Source: Candidatus Shapirobacteria bacterium
GTDB lineage: Bacteria; Patescibacteriota; Microgenomatia; UBA12405
Length of the DNA: 64,000 bases
Direction of reading: 5' to 3'
NCBI GenBank assembly: GCA_028704885.1
Contig: JAQWEN010000001.1
Coordinates: 222,679 to 286,678, forward strand
In this document: positions 7,699-17,621 of the stretch, piece by piece
How the letters are laid out: each line of letters begins with the position of its first letter
How positions within the stretch are numbered: the stretch's first letter is position 1
The notes under the pieces: model-generated
Told to the model about the DNA's origin: nothing
Database searches by the model: none
Seen by the model: only the letters and a program-made list of their open reading frames with translations
Position numbers and translations under genes: made by a program

Positions 7699-9687
7699 TT
7701 TTTCAGCTTCGGTGTTGGTGGGATAGGAATAATCAACGGTTTTTTGGAGATTTTCTTTAGCTAACTTAGTTTCTTTTTGGTCTAGATAAATTTTACCTAA
7801 GGCAAAATAGGTATAATCATAATTTGGTTTTAATTCGATGGCTTTTTGATAGTAGGGAATAGCCTCTTTTTTCAAATTGGCGGTTTCTAAGAATTGACCA
7901 ATAGAATAATAAATTTTAGCGTCAGTGGGGGCTAGAAGACTGGCTTTGGTGAGGGCAGTAATAGATTCAGAAAAATATTTAGAATCGACTCCGGAAAGAT
8001 AAAGATAAGTTTGGGCACGTTGTTTCCAAAAATTAATATTGGCTGGAGATGTTTGAATAGTTAAATCGGAATATTTAACAGCTTGATCAACATCATCTTG
8101 GTTTTCGCTGTTTAAAGCGATTTTGGAATAAATGGTAGCCAGTTTGTCAGTATACAAAGGTTCTTTGGGGTTAAATTTATGGCTAGTTTGGGCATAAATT
8201 AGAGCGTTTTGATAGTTATTTATAGAATCATAATTTTCAGCTTTGGCAAAAGTAATGTCGGCTAAATAAAAAAGAATTGTTTTGATAGTAAGAAAAAGGC
8301 TAAGAATAAAAATTGGAATAAACAAAAAGGTTTTGGGTTTTTTTAATGGAGAAATTTTTTGATCTTGATTTAAAAGAGCGGGGAGAAGAAAGAAAAAGAG
8401 GGAAGTTATGACGACTGAAAAACCAGCGGAATTAGTAATTAGAATTGATAGATAACTGGCTAAAATTGGGAGAGTTAAATTTGAAATTTTTAATTTGAAA
8501 TTTTTAATCAAATAAAACAAAACAGAAATGATTATAAAACAATAGGCAGTAAAACCGACAGCGCCGGTGGTGGCGAGGTAATTAATGTATTCGTTGTGGG
8601 CTTTGTTGTAGAGATAATCCCACTCAGAGGTGAGATTGTGTTCGATTGGGCGAGTCCAATAATAGGAGTAAGCAAAAGTTTCGACTCCGGTACCAAAAAC
8701 AGGAAATTTTTTCCAAAGATCGATGGCGCCAGTCCAAACAATTTTGCGAATATCACCGGAAGAGGTAATTAAAATTTTTGATGGTTGAATATTATCTTCT
8801 AATATTATTGGTGAAATATGTTTGGTCTTTATAAAAGAAGTAAAACTATCTTTGATAGGGTTGTTTATAAAAATAGATAAAATTAGAATTAAGCCCACCA
8901 TCCCAATTAATTGGGATACCTCTACCCCTTTTGGGGTATCTATGGATCTTGACAGGGAGGCTTTACTTTTAATTTTGGAAAAAAAATAAATGGCAAAATA
9001 AATGGCGAGGGAAATGAGGCAGGCGATGATTCCTGATTTTGATTTGGTAAATAATAAAGACAAATAAAAACTGGAAGTAAGAAATAAGAAGTATGATTTA
9101 TGAATAAAACTTTTAGATTCCAGAAATTTAAAAATTGAAAAAGGAATAAGAATACAAAGATAAGCGGCGAGCCAATTTGGTTGACCAAGGGTGGAAAAAA
9201 CTCGGGATTGAACATCTTGAACCCACCAATTTTTATCGATACCAAAATGTTGAGCTATGGCATAAATGGAAATTAGAAAGCCGGATAAAAGAGAAAAATT
9301 AATAATTTGGGTTTTAAAATCGGAATTAATATAGACGGATAGGATTAGATATAAAATTGAGTAGCAAATTAAAGATAAAAGACCGCCATTAAGACGGGAA
9401 TAATAACCAAAAAAGGAAGTGTGAGGATCGATGGAATAAACAGTAGAAATGATTTGAGAAAGTAAAAATAAAGCTAAAGGAATGTTTAAAAAATTTTTTT
9501 TGATTAGAGGAACTTGTTTTTGAATGACATTTATTAAATGAAAAGTAGTTATCAAAATAGTTAACAAATAAACAAAATACATTTTAGGAAGTTCAAAAAG
9601 TTCGGAATTAGATTGAGTAAAAATAATAGGGGTTAAAAATAAGAGGGCCAAAAAAAGAAAGCGAACTGGTTTAACAAAAGACTTCAT
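7681..9687 (-). CDS. O-antigen ligase/O-oligosaccharyltransferase-like membrane protein with C-terminal TPRs
   Basis: About 12 TM; STLGQPN, R..VW and KAHNEY Wzy_C motifs; TPR-like tail. Confidence 0.85.
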   Translation of the reverse strand: MKSFVKPVRFLFLALLFLTPIIFTQSNSELFELPKMYFVYLLTILITTFHLINVIQKQVPLIKKNFLNIPLALFLLSQIISTVYSIDPHTSFFGYYSRLNGGLLSLICYSILYLILSVYINSDFKTQIINFSLLSGFLISIYAIAQHFGIDKNWWVQDVQSRVFSTLGQPNWLAAYLCILIPFSIFKFLESKSFIHKSYFLFLTSSFYLSLLFTKSKSGIIACLISLAIYFAIYFFSKIKSKASLSRSIDTPKGVEVSQLIGMVGLILILSIFINNPIKDSFTSFIKTKHISPIILEDNIQPSKILITSSGDIRKIVWTGAIDLWKKFPVFGTGVETFAYSYYWTRPIEHNLTSEWDYLYNKAHNEYINYLATTGAVGFTAYCFIIISVLFYLIKNFKLKISNLTLPILASYLSILITNSAGFSVVITSLFFFLLPALLNQDQKISPLKKPKTFLFIPIFILSLFLTIKTILFYLADITFAKAENYDSINNYQNALIYAQTSHKFNPKEPLYTDKLATIYSKIALNSENQDDVDQAVKYSDLTIQTSPANINFWKQRAQTYLYLSGVDSKYFSESITALTKASLLAPTDAKIYYSIGQFLETANLKKEAIPYYQKAIELKPNYDYTYFALGKIYLDQKETKLAKENLQKTVDYSYPTNTEAEKLLKNL

Positions 9688-9732
9688 AGTCTATATTGTA
9701 ACTTAAGAGGCCTAACTTGTTATAATTTTAGA

Positions 9733-10845
9733 GTGATTAAGTTTGGATTATTAAAAAATAAAATTAAAAATTTCTTTGGGCTTTTTTCGTGGGAAATAGG
9801 AGTTGATCTGGGAAGTAATAATACTTTGATTTATTTAAAAGATAGAGGAGTGATTATTGATGAACCGACAATGATTGCCCGCCAGAAAAAAAAGAGATGG
9901 ACAGGATTATCAGCACCAAAATCAAAAAAAAGTGGTCCAATTGCTTTCGGTTTTAAAGCCAAAGAAATGTTAAATCGAGAGCCAAAGCAAATTGAAGTAG
10001 TTTCACCAATTAAAAATGGAGTAATTTCCGATCTTGAGGCCTTGGAAAGTTTAATTTCCTATTATCTAAAATTAGTTTATGAAATTCCGTCTAAATATCC
10101 TAAAATTTTTAAGCCGAGAGTAATAGTTGGAGTGCCAAGTACAATTAATCAGGTACAAAAAAGAGCAGTAAAGTCAGTTTTTTTGAACGCAGGAGCAAAG
10201 GAAGTTATTCTTTTGGAGGAAGTAGTTTTGGCGGCGATTGGAATTGGTTTACCGGTTAATAGTTCATCTGGTTTAGTAATTGTTGATGTAGGTGGAGGAA
10301 AAACGGAAGTCAGTGTGATTTCAATGGGAGGAGTGGTGGTTGGTCGAGGAATCAAAACGGCGGGAAACGATTTAGATAACAGCATTATTAATTACGTCAA
10401 AATGAAATATGGAATTTTAATTGGTCCAAATAGTGCTGAAAGAATAAAAATGGAGGTGGGAAATTTAAATAAAGATGGGGACAAAAAAACAGCTTTGGTT
10501 AGAGGAAGAGATTTGGAAAGCGGTTTGCCAAAAACAGTGAAAATTACTGAAGATGAAGTCCGAGAAGCTATGGCAATGGAATTAACAAAAATAGTTAAGC
10601 TGGTAGCAACGGTTTTAGATGAAACACCACCAGAATTAATGGAAGATATTTTAAAAAGAGGAATTGTAATTGTAGGTAATGGAGGAAAAATAAGTGGACT
10701 AGCGTCTTTAATTGAAGCGGAAACGAAAATATTTACTAAGGTGTTGGATGAAGCAGGAATGATGATAATTAGAGGCTGTGGTGAATTAATTCAAAATAGA
10801 GAAATTTTAAAGCAAGTTAAATTGGTGTCAGGATTAAAAGAATGA
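9733..10845 (+). CDS. mreB: Rod shape-determining protein MreB
   Basis: GVDLGS, DVGGGKTE, AERIK, GRDLESGLP, TPPEL. Confidence 0.93.
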   Translation: MIKFGLLKNKIKNFFGLFSWEIGVDLGSNNTLIYLKDRGVIIDEPTMIARQKKKRWTGLSAPKSKKSGPIAFGFKAKEMLNREPKQIEVVSPIKNGVISDLEALESLISYYLKLVYEIPSKYPKIFKPRVIVGVPSTINQVQKRAVKSVFLNAGAKEVILLEEVVLAAIGIGLPVNSSSGLVIVDVGGGKTEVSVISMGGVVVGRGIKTAGNDLDNSIINYVKMKYGILIGPNSAERIKMEVGNLNKDGDKKTALVRGRDLESGLPKTVKITEDEVREAMAMELTKIVKLVATVLDETPPELMEDILKRGIVIVGNGGKISGLASLIEAETKIFTKVLDEAGMMIIRGCGELIQNREILKQVKLVSGLKE

Positions 10846-12491
10846 ATCAAGTAGATGATAGTTCTTGGAAATATTGGTTAATGAAATTTGGTCTAATACT
10901 AAGTTTAGGAATTATTTTAGTGTCAATTTTTAAGTTGAGTGTGATTAAGGGAACTTATTATAAAAATTTAGCCATGGAAAATAAATTAATGGAAAAAAAG
11001 ATTCCGGCAGCCAGAGCAGTAATAAAAGACAGAAAAGGAAGAATAGTAGCAAAAAGTGTTTATCAATATTTTAGAATGGATGGAGAAAATAAAATTTATG
11101 AAGGTGTGGGTGATTTTCAGGGATATAAATTTGAAGGGGAAAATTTGGCTTATGAACTTAAAAGATCATATCCTTATGGAGAATCGATGTCTTTTATAAC
11201 TGGTTATGTGGGAAAAGTTAATCAAGATGATAAAAGTAGAAATGAATGTGGAATAAAATTGGATGATGATGAAGTCATAGGAAGGAGCGGAGTGGAATCT
11301 TTTTTAGATTGTCAATTAAGAGGGGTTGACGGAAGAAGATTAGTGGAAGTTGATGCCAAGGGAAAATATGTTAGAGAGTTGGGCCGACAAGAACCAAAAG
11401 TGTCACCAGATTTAAATTTATCAATAGATGCTTATTGGCAAGATAAAATTTACAAATTACTGGATGGTAAAAAGGCGGTAGTAATAATTAGTGAACCAAA
11501 AACTGGAAAAATAATAAGTTTAGTTTCTAGTCCTGCTTTTAACGCTAATGATTTTTCTTATGATGCAAATTCGGCAAAAATTAAAGAATATTTAAACGAT
11601 AATGAAAATTTACCAATGATGAATAGATCAATTTCGGGAAGATACAGTCCAGGATCAGTATTTAAAATTGTAATTTCGACGGCTGGATTGGAAAGTGGAG
11701 TAATAAACAAAGATAGTCTAATTGAAGATACTGGAATTATAAAAGTAGGGGATTATTCTTATTCAAATTGGTTATGGTCAAAAAGTGGGACAACTGATGG
11801 AATGGTTAATGTGGTTAAGGCAATTCAAAGATCAAATGATATCTTTTTTTATAAATTAGGGGAAATGTTAGGATTGGAAAGAATAGATACTTGGGCTAAA
11901 AAATATGGTTATGGAAAAAAAACCGGAGTGGAATTGGCAGGGGAATTGGATGGAATTGTGCCAGATGAAAAATGGAAAAAAGAAGTTAAAGGAGAAAATT
12001 GGTATTTGGGAGATACTTATCATTTATCAATAGGACAGGGAGGTTTGAGTATTACTCCTTTGCAAGTTAACCAAATGACAAATATTATTGCCAATAAAGG
12101 AGTTAAGTGTAAAATGAGTATTTTGAAAGATAGTAAGGTGGAATGCGAGGATTTGAAGATTAAAAAAGAAAATGTGGAATTAGTGGTTCAAGGAATGAAA
12201 AATGCTTGTAAAACCGGAGGAACGGCCTGGCCATTGTTTAATTTTAAAACTGAAATTGCCTGTAAAACTGGGACGGCTGAAGTAGGGGACGGGAGTAAAG
12301 ATACTCAGGCGTGGTTGACGGCTTTTGCGCCAGCGGATGATCCGCAGATTTCAATTACAGTCTTAGTCGAAAGAGGTGGAGAAGGATCTGATGTGGCGGC
12401 GCCAATTGTAGGAGATATATTAAAGGAATGGTTTGAAGAACCAAATACAGTGGTGCCAAGAAAAGCAGATAAAAAAATTATTTCTGAATAA
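10842..12491 (+). CDS. mrdA: Class B penicillin-binding protein 2
   Basis: SVFK, SND and KTG transpeptidase motifs; N-terminal TM; follows mreB. Confidence 0.85.
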   Translation: MNQVDDSSWKYWLMKFGLILSLGIILVSIFKLSVIKGTYYKNLAMENKLMEKKIPAARAVIKDRKGRIVAKSVYQYFRMDGENKIYEGVGDFQGYKFEGENLAYELKRSYPYGESMSFITGYVGKVNQDDKSRNECGIKLDDDEVIGRSGVESFLDCQLRGVDGRRLVEVDAKGKYVRELGRQEPKVSPDLNLSIDAYWQDKIYKLLDGKKAVVIISEPKTGKIISLVSSPAFNANDFSYDANSAKIKEYLNDNENLPMMNRSISGRYSPGSVFKIVISTAGLESGVINKDSLIEDTGIIKVGDYSYSNWLWSKSGTTDGMVNVVKAIQRSNDIFFYKLGEMLGLERIDTWAKKYGYGKKTGVELAGELDGIVPDEKWKKEVKGENWYLGDTYHLSIGQGGLSITPLQVNQMTNIIANKGVKCKMSILKDSKVECEDLKIKKENVELVVQGMKNACKTGGTAWPLFNFKTEIACKTGTAEVGDGSKDTQAWLTAFAPADDPQISITVLVERGGEGSDVAAPIVGDILKEWFEEPNTVVPRKADKKIISE

Positions 12492-12542
12492 ATAATTTGA
12501 CAGTGATGATATGATGTTGTCATATAAAAATTATTCATTAAA

Positions 12543-12830
12543 ATGAATATGAGTTTTGAAACAATTAAAGATAATATTCAGGGTTATATCGAAACTAGAA
12601 AAGAATTAAAAAATTCAAAAAATTTGATTGATAAAAGTGAAGGTCTTGTTTCTATGAGAGTCTATAATAATTCTTCATCTAATTTACAGGGCAGACAATT
12701 TGGTCCAATGGGTTATTATGAGAATGAAATGGATGCTATTAGAAGAGAAATAAAAAAGGGTGATAGAGTAGTAGTTTCAGGGGAAAAAGGTATAGTAACA
12801 ATTTTAAATAGAAATAATAAAAGTAATTAA
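12543..12830 (+). CDS. Hypothetical protein
   Basis: 95-aa ORF filling the gap, no recognised motif. Confidence 0.55.
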   Translation: MNMSFETIKDNIQGYIETRKELKNSKNLIDKSEGLVSMRVYNNSSSNLQGRQFGPMGYYENEMDAIRREIKKGDRVVVSGEKGIVTILNRNNKSN

Positions 12831-12876
12831 TTTGTGGTTGACAGAGTGTCGGTAATAGATGACAATGAAAGATAAA

Positions 12877-14853
12877 ATGAAGAAACTATTAATTGTAGAG
12901 TCACCAACTAAGGCCAGAACTATTGGAAAATATTTAGGTAATGACTTTAAAGTATTGGCAACCGTAGGACATATTCGTGATTTGCCGACTAATAAAATGG
13001 CAGTTGATTTGAAGAATTTTACAGTGGAATATGTAATTGATGCTAAAAAGAAAAAGGTGGTTGATGAATTAGTAAAAGCTTCAAAAAGTGCTGATCAAAT
13101 ATTTTTAGCCTCCGATCCTGATCGTGAAGGAGAAGCAATTTCTTGGCATGTAAATTGGATTTTATTAAATGCCAAAAAACCGGTTAAAAAAGAAATAATT
13201 TCTCGAGTAACTTTTCATGAAATTACTAAAGAAGCAGTGGAAGAAGCAATAAAAAATTCTCGAGAGATTGATATGAATTTGGTTCAAGCCCAACAAGGGA
13301 GAAGAGTTTTGGATAGAGTGGTGGGTTACAGTTTGTCGCCACTTTTGTGGAAAAAAGTTAGACGGGGATTATCGGCTGGACGGGTGCAATCAGTGGCGGT
13401 AAGACTTATTTGTGAAAGAGAAAAGGAAATAGAAGCCTTTAAAAGAGAAAAATATTTCTCAATTTATAGTGAATTACAAAAAAATGGAGAAAAATTTAAC
13501 GCTGAATTAATTAAAGTTGATGGGAAAAATATTTATAAAACTGACAAGATAAAACTGTTTGATGGAGAATATTCTTACACTACTTCCTGCTTTAAGACAC
13601 AATCTGATGCTGATAGATATATTAAAAATGTAGAAAAAGACTTTTTGATAACTAAAATTTCTGGTAAGGAAGTTCATAGATTGCCATTACCAGCATTTAC
13701 AACTTCAAAGTTACAACAAGCCGCATCAAGAAAAATGGGTTGGTCGGGTAAACAAACAATGAGCGTGGCCCAAAAACTTTATGAAAAAGGTTTGATTACT
13801 TATCATAGAACTGATTCGGTTTATTTATCGGAAAAATCAATCTTGGAATTTAGAAAATATATCGGAGAAAAATTTGGAGAAAATTATGTGGTCCCAAAAA
13901 TTAGATTTTATAAAAATACCTCAAAAAATGCTCAGGAGGCTCATGAGGCAATAAGACCGACAAATGTCTCAAGACCAGTCATTGATGATGGCGATGTTAG
14001 AGAAAATAAATTGTATGAAATGATCTGGAAAAGGGCAGTAGCGACTCAAGCAGCAGCGGCAGTAATGAAAAATACAACTATATTATTTGCCAATGGCAAT
14101 GGGACATTTGAATCAAAAGGAGTAATAATGTTGTTCGATGGATTCTTAAAAATTACTGGTGATAAACATGAAGATCAAGTGTTGCCAGAACTTAATGAAA
14201 ATGAAAAAATTAATGGTAAAAAAAATTGGTCGGTGGAGTCAGAAACTAATCCAATGCCAAGATATAGTGATGCTAGTTTGGTGTCGTCTTTAGAAAAACA
14301 AGGAATTGGTAGACCATCAACTTATGCACCAATTATTTCAACTATTTTATTAAGACAATACGTGGAAAGAGAAGAAGGCCGATTTAGACCGACGGTTTTA
14401 GGTCAGGCAACTAATGAATTTTTAGTTAAGAATTTTGCTAATGTTTTATCTTTGCCTTTTACAGCAGAAATGGAAGAGGATTTGGATAAAATTGCCTTGA
14501 ATAAAATTGAGTGGGAAGAAATGATGAAGACATTTTGGAAACAATTTGAAAAGGAATTGAAGTTGGCCGAAAGCGGAAGCGAGAGGGTTAAAGTGGAAGC
14601 CGAAAAAACCGGCGAAAAATGCCCGCAATGTGGAGAAGGTGAATTAGTAATTAGACTGGGAAGGTTTGGAAAGTTTATTTCTTGTGATCGCTTTCCAGAT
14701 TGTAAATATACTCGACCATTTCAAGAAGCAGCAGGATTTAAATGTCCAGAATGTGGAGCTGAAGGAGTGGTTCGTAAAACTAAAACCGGGAGAAAATTTT
14801 TTGGCTGCTCTAAATATCCGGTTTGTAAGTGGGCGGGTTGGAAAAAACCTTAA
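12877..14853 (+). CDS. topA: DNA topoisomerase I
   Basis: IVESPTKA, DPDREGE, SAGRVQS, ITYHRTDS; two C4 zinc ribbons; start could be 12865. Confidence 0.97.
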   Translation: MKKLLIVESPTKARTIGKYLGNDFKVLATVGHIRDLPTNKMAVDLKNFTVEYVIDAKKKKVVDELVKASKSADQIFLASDPDREGEAISWHVNWILLNAKKPVKKEIISRVTFHEITKEAVEEAIKNSREIDMNLVQAQQGRRVLDRVVGYSLSPLLWKKVRRGLSAGRVQSVAVRLICEREKEIEAFKREKYFSIYSELQKNGEKFNAELIKVDGKNIYKTDKIKLFDGEYSYTTSCFKTQSDADRYIKNVEKDFLITKISGKEVHRLPLPAFTTSKLQQAASRKMGWSGKQTMSVAQKLYEKGLITYHRTDSVYLSEKSILEFRKYIGEKFGENYVVPKIRFYKNTSKNAQEAHEAIRPTNVSRPVIDDGDVRENKLYEMIWKRAVATQAAAAVMKNTTILFANGNGTFESKGVIMLFDGFLKITGDKHEDQVLPELNENEKINGKKNWSVESETNPMPRYSDASLVSSLEKQGIGRPSTYAPIISTILLRQYVEREEGRFRPTVLGQATNEFLVKNFANVLSLPFTAEMEEDLDKIALNKIEWEEMMKTFWKQFEKELKLAESGSERVKVEAEKTGEKCPQCGEGELVIRLGRFGKFISCDRFPDCKYTRPFQEAAGFKCPECGAEGVVRKTKTGRKFFGCSKYPVCKWAGWKKP

Positions 14854-14996
14854 GGTCGAATTTTAATAGGATTATGTTTGTTGGGTTTTTCAATATGACG
14901 ATTATGTTGAGGATTATATTCTGAAGTAGGATGTTCTTTGGGTTTACTAGGATTTTTTTTTGGTTTTATAGTGTCGGCCGAGGGCGCTTTGATCAT
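14850..14996 (-). CDS. 48-aa Pro/Lys/His-rich hypothetical ORF, missing from the ORF track
   Basis: MIKAPSADTIKPKKNPSKPKEHPT...NPIKIRP; TGGTATAAT about 25 nt upstream. Confidence 0.45.
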   Translation of the reverse strand: MIKAPSADTIKPKKNPSKPKEHPTSEYNPQHNRHIEKPNKHNPIKIRP

Positions 14997-15037
14997 AAAA
15001 GTGTAATTAATCTAACTATCTGATTATACCATTTTGT

Positions 15038-17203
15038 TTATTTCTTTTTACCCCAGTGTTGTTGAGAAGTGGCAATGAGCTTGGCACGTTGTTGGTTTTT
15101 ACAAGAAAGAGGTGGAAGAGTGGTGGCATAGAAAGGTTCAGTGGTTTCAGAATCAATAGAAAGTTTGGAAATAATTTGATATTTACCAATTTTAACTAAA
15201 TCTTCTGGAGGGAATTGAGCCCCAAATTCTTTAGCGAGGATGAAAGCATCTTGATTACCAACAACAAAGGACATAATCGAGCCAACGTTACCTAAAATAG
15301 CGTCTTGAATAGTGCGATCGAGCTGAGCCATATATTGATTGGCAATGATTAGGTTAAGTTTGAATTTGCGAGCTTCGGAAAGAATTTTAATAAAGGCTTC
15401 GGTGGCAAAATTTTGAAATTCATCGACATATAAATAAAAATCGGAACGATCTTCACTGGCCTGAAAAACACGATTCATAGCGGAAAGTTGGATTTGAGTG
15501 ATTAACATGGCACCAAGAAGGGCAGAATTATCTTCACCTAATTTACCAGTAGAAAGGTCGGCAATCAAAATTTTCTTTTGATCCATGATTTCTTGAATAT
15601 TTATTTTTGATTTGGGATGAGCAACGGTATTTCTAATATTAGTGGAAGAAATAAACTGACCGACTTTATTTAAAATGGGGGAAACGGCTTCATTTTGAAA
15701 TTTGGGATCCATACGATCAAATTCGTTGTGCCAGAAATTAATTAAAGTTTGATTAGTTAATTGAGAAACGACTCTTTCGCGAAAATTTTTGTTGGTTAAA
15801 ATTTCAACGATATGAGTTAAATCACTGCCAGGAGTGTTGACTAAGGTTAAAACAGAATTTCTTAAAATATGTTCAAGACGAGGGCCCCAGGAAATATTGC
15901 CGTAAAGTTTTTTGAAAATAGAAATAACACCGGAGGCAATTAATTCTTTTTGATTTTCATTTTTAGCTTCTAAAACATTGAGAGGATAGGCATATTCTGG
16001 ATCGGCGGGGTTGAAATAACAACAATCATTAATTCGGTTTGAAGGGATATAGTCAAGAATAGTGTTGCACAAATCGCCGTGAGGATCGATGACGGCGACA
16101 CCGCGACCTTTACGAATATCATCGATGGCCATGTTGGCAATAAGAGTAGTTTTACCAGTACCAGATTTACCAATGATATAAGTGTGACGGCGACGATCTT
16201 CGCCCTGTTTGATACCAAAAATAGAATCTTTATTTCTAAATTCAGTTTTAGCAAAAAAGGTTATTTCATTTTTTTGTTCTGGAGTAAGATTATCGGCAAC
16301 TGGAAGATTTTCTGGTGGATCGGAATAAAGCTTTTTACCCCAAGCAATATTGGGAAGTTTGGTATTTAAATTAGGAAAATGCCAAATAGCGGCTAACTCT
16401 TCGGTATTAAAAATCTGACTTTTTAATTTAATATTAAATTTACGAGTACAAATTGATTCCTGGAGTTTCTTTTTGGCAAAAAATCCAGGAGTAAAATTTT
16501 TAATAAAATTACCACGAGGATTAGTGTAGGCACCAAAAGAAGAAGAAACGGAAGCGACGAGTCCGGGATTATTACTAAAAAGATTAATTTGGGTATAAAG
16601 ACCGGGAAATTGAATTTTTTGTTCAAAAATGGCTTTGTCGGGGTGAGCACTACGAATATTTCTTTCTCGATCAATTAAAATTCCATTTTGAATAGTGCTA
16701 ACAATACCACCCTGCCAATTTTTTGGAGCACCGCTGAGAAGAATTTGGAAGAGAAAAAAATCTTTGGCATTGTTAGACCTTGAAAGAGGAGCCAAAACGG
16801 AAGTTAATGGATCAGTGTCCTTAAAATCTTTAGCGGTTTTAGTTGGATAATCATAGGATCGGCCTAAACCAAGCTGAGTAAAAGTGATTGGCAAGGCTGG
16901 ATCGAGTTCAAGCAAATAATCTTTGGTATCTCGAAGAATAGCAGTGGAATATTGAGCTAAAATTTGGGAACGAAGAAATTCACTGTTATCAGAAAGGGCA
17001 GCAACATAAAAATGAATTTGACCATCTTTTAAGACGATTTCCAGGGAAACAATAGTTTTTTTCTTGCCAATTAATTTTTCAAAAAAAGAAAGGTTAGAAA
17101 CTTGGGTAAAGTTTGAAAGCAGAGCAGACATAGACTCAAAAGTATGTTCATTGGTTTGAGGCAAGCGGACTTCAAAAATTGAAAGACTGGCCGTATCGGA
17201 CAT
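15038..17203 (-). CDS. VirD4/TraG-like (HerA/FtsK superfamily) ATPase
   Basis: HTYIIGKSGTGKT Walker A, IDPHGD, LYVDEFQN Walker B, EARKF..ANQ. Confidence 0.88.
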   Translation of the reverse strand: MSDTASLSIFEVRLPQTNEHTFESMSALLSNFTQVSNLSFFEKLIGKKKTIVSLEIVLKDGQIHFYVAALSDNSEFLRSQILAQYSTAILRDTKDYLLELDPALPITFTQLGLGRSYDYPTKTAKDFKDTDPLTSVLAPLSRSNNAKDFFLFQILLSGAPKNWQGGIVSTIQNGILIDRERNIRSAHPDKAIFEQKIQFPGLYTQINLFSNNPGLVASVSSSFGAYTNPRGNFIKNFTPGFFAKKKLQESICTRKFNIKLKSQIFNTEELAAIWHFPNLNTKLPNIAWGKKLYSDPPENLPVADNLTPEQKNEITFFAKTEFRNKDSIFGIKQGEDRRRHTYIIGKSGTGKTTLIANMAIDDIRKGRGVAVIDPHGDLCNTILDYIPSNRINDCCYFNPADPEYAYPLNVLEAKNENQKELIASGVISIFKKLYGNISWGPRLEHILRNSVLTLVNTPGSDLTHIVEILTNKNFRERVVSQLTNQTLINFWHNEFDRMDPKFQNEAVSPILNKVGQFISSTNIRNTVAHPKSKINIQEIMDQKKILIADLSTGKLGEDNSALLGAMLITQIQLSAMNRVFQASEDRSDFYLYVDEFQNFATEAFIKILSEARKFKLNLIIANQYMAQLDRTIQDAILGNVGSIMSFVVGNQDAFILAKEFGAQFPPEDLVKIGKYQIISKLSIDSETTEPFYATTLPPLSCKNQQRAKLIATSQQHWGKKK

Positions 17204-17265
17204 AAGATTATTTTAACAACATTTTAATCAAAATGAAGAAGGGGAAGAAAAATTATCTTATAATA

Positions 17266-17293
17266 TTGACAAAATAGAGTTTTTTGGTATAAT
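17266..17293 (+). promoter_or_regulatory. Consensus sigma70-type promoter
   Basis: TTGACA-16 nt-TATAAT with an extended TG. Confidence 0.7.
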
Positions 17294-17313
17294 TGGGTTA
17301 TTAAAAACAATTT

Positions 17314-17508
17314 ATGGAAAAGCTTATTGAGATTTTTAATAAAGGAAGTGGTTTAAATTTAGAACAGGGTGATGTAGTTGTTTTATTTGATAGTAAGACT
17401 GAAAAAACGGTTGTGACTGGTCGATCAAATGCAGAAAATATGGTAAAGGATATTCATGAAACAGTTAAAATGGCATTGGAAAAGGCAGGAATTGAAACAA
17501 GAGAATAA
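17314..17508 (+). CDS. Small hypothetical protein
   Basis: 64-aa ORF behind a consensus promoter. Confidence 0.6.
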   Translation: MEKLIEIFNKGSGLNLEQGDVVVLFDSKTEKTVVTGRSNAENMVKDIHETVKMALEKAGIETRE

Positions 17509-17553
17509 AGGAAGTTAGCTTTGTGATATAATTTCCAAGTTAATAATTTTTAA

Positions 17554-17602
17554 ATTTTTAACACGTATTTATCCTGGGTTAATTATTCCCTGTGTTAAAA
17601 AT
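17554..17602 (+). promoter_or_regulatory. Structured rpsB 5' leader, putative autoregulatory element
   Basis: ATTTTTAACACG pairs with TGTGTTAAAAAT around an inner GGG/CCC hairpin, between a TATAAT and the SD. Confidence 0.5.
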
Positions 17603-17621
17603 CAACAATAAGGAAAACAAC

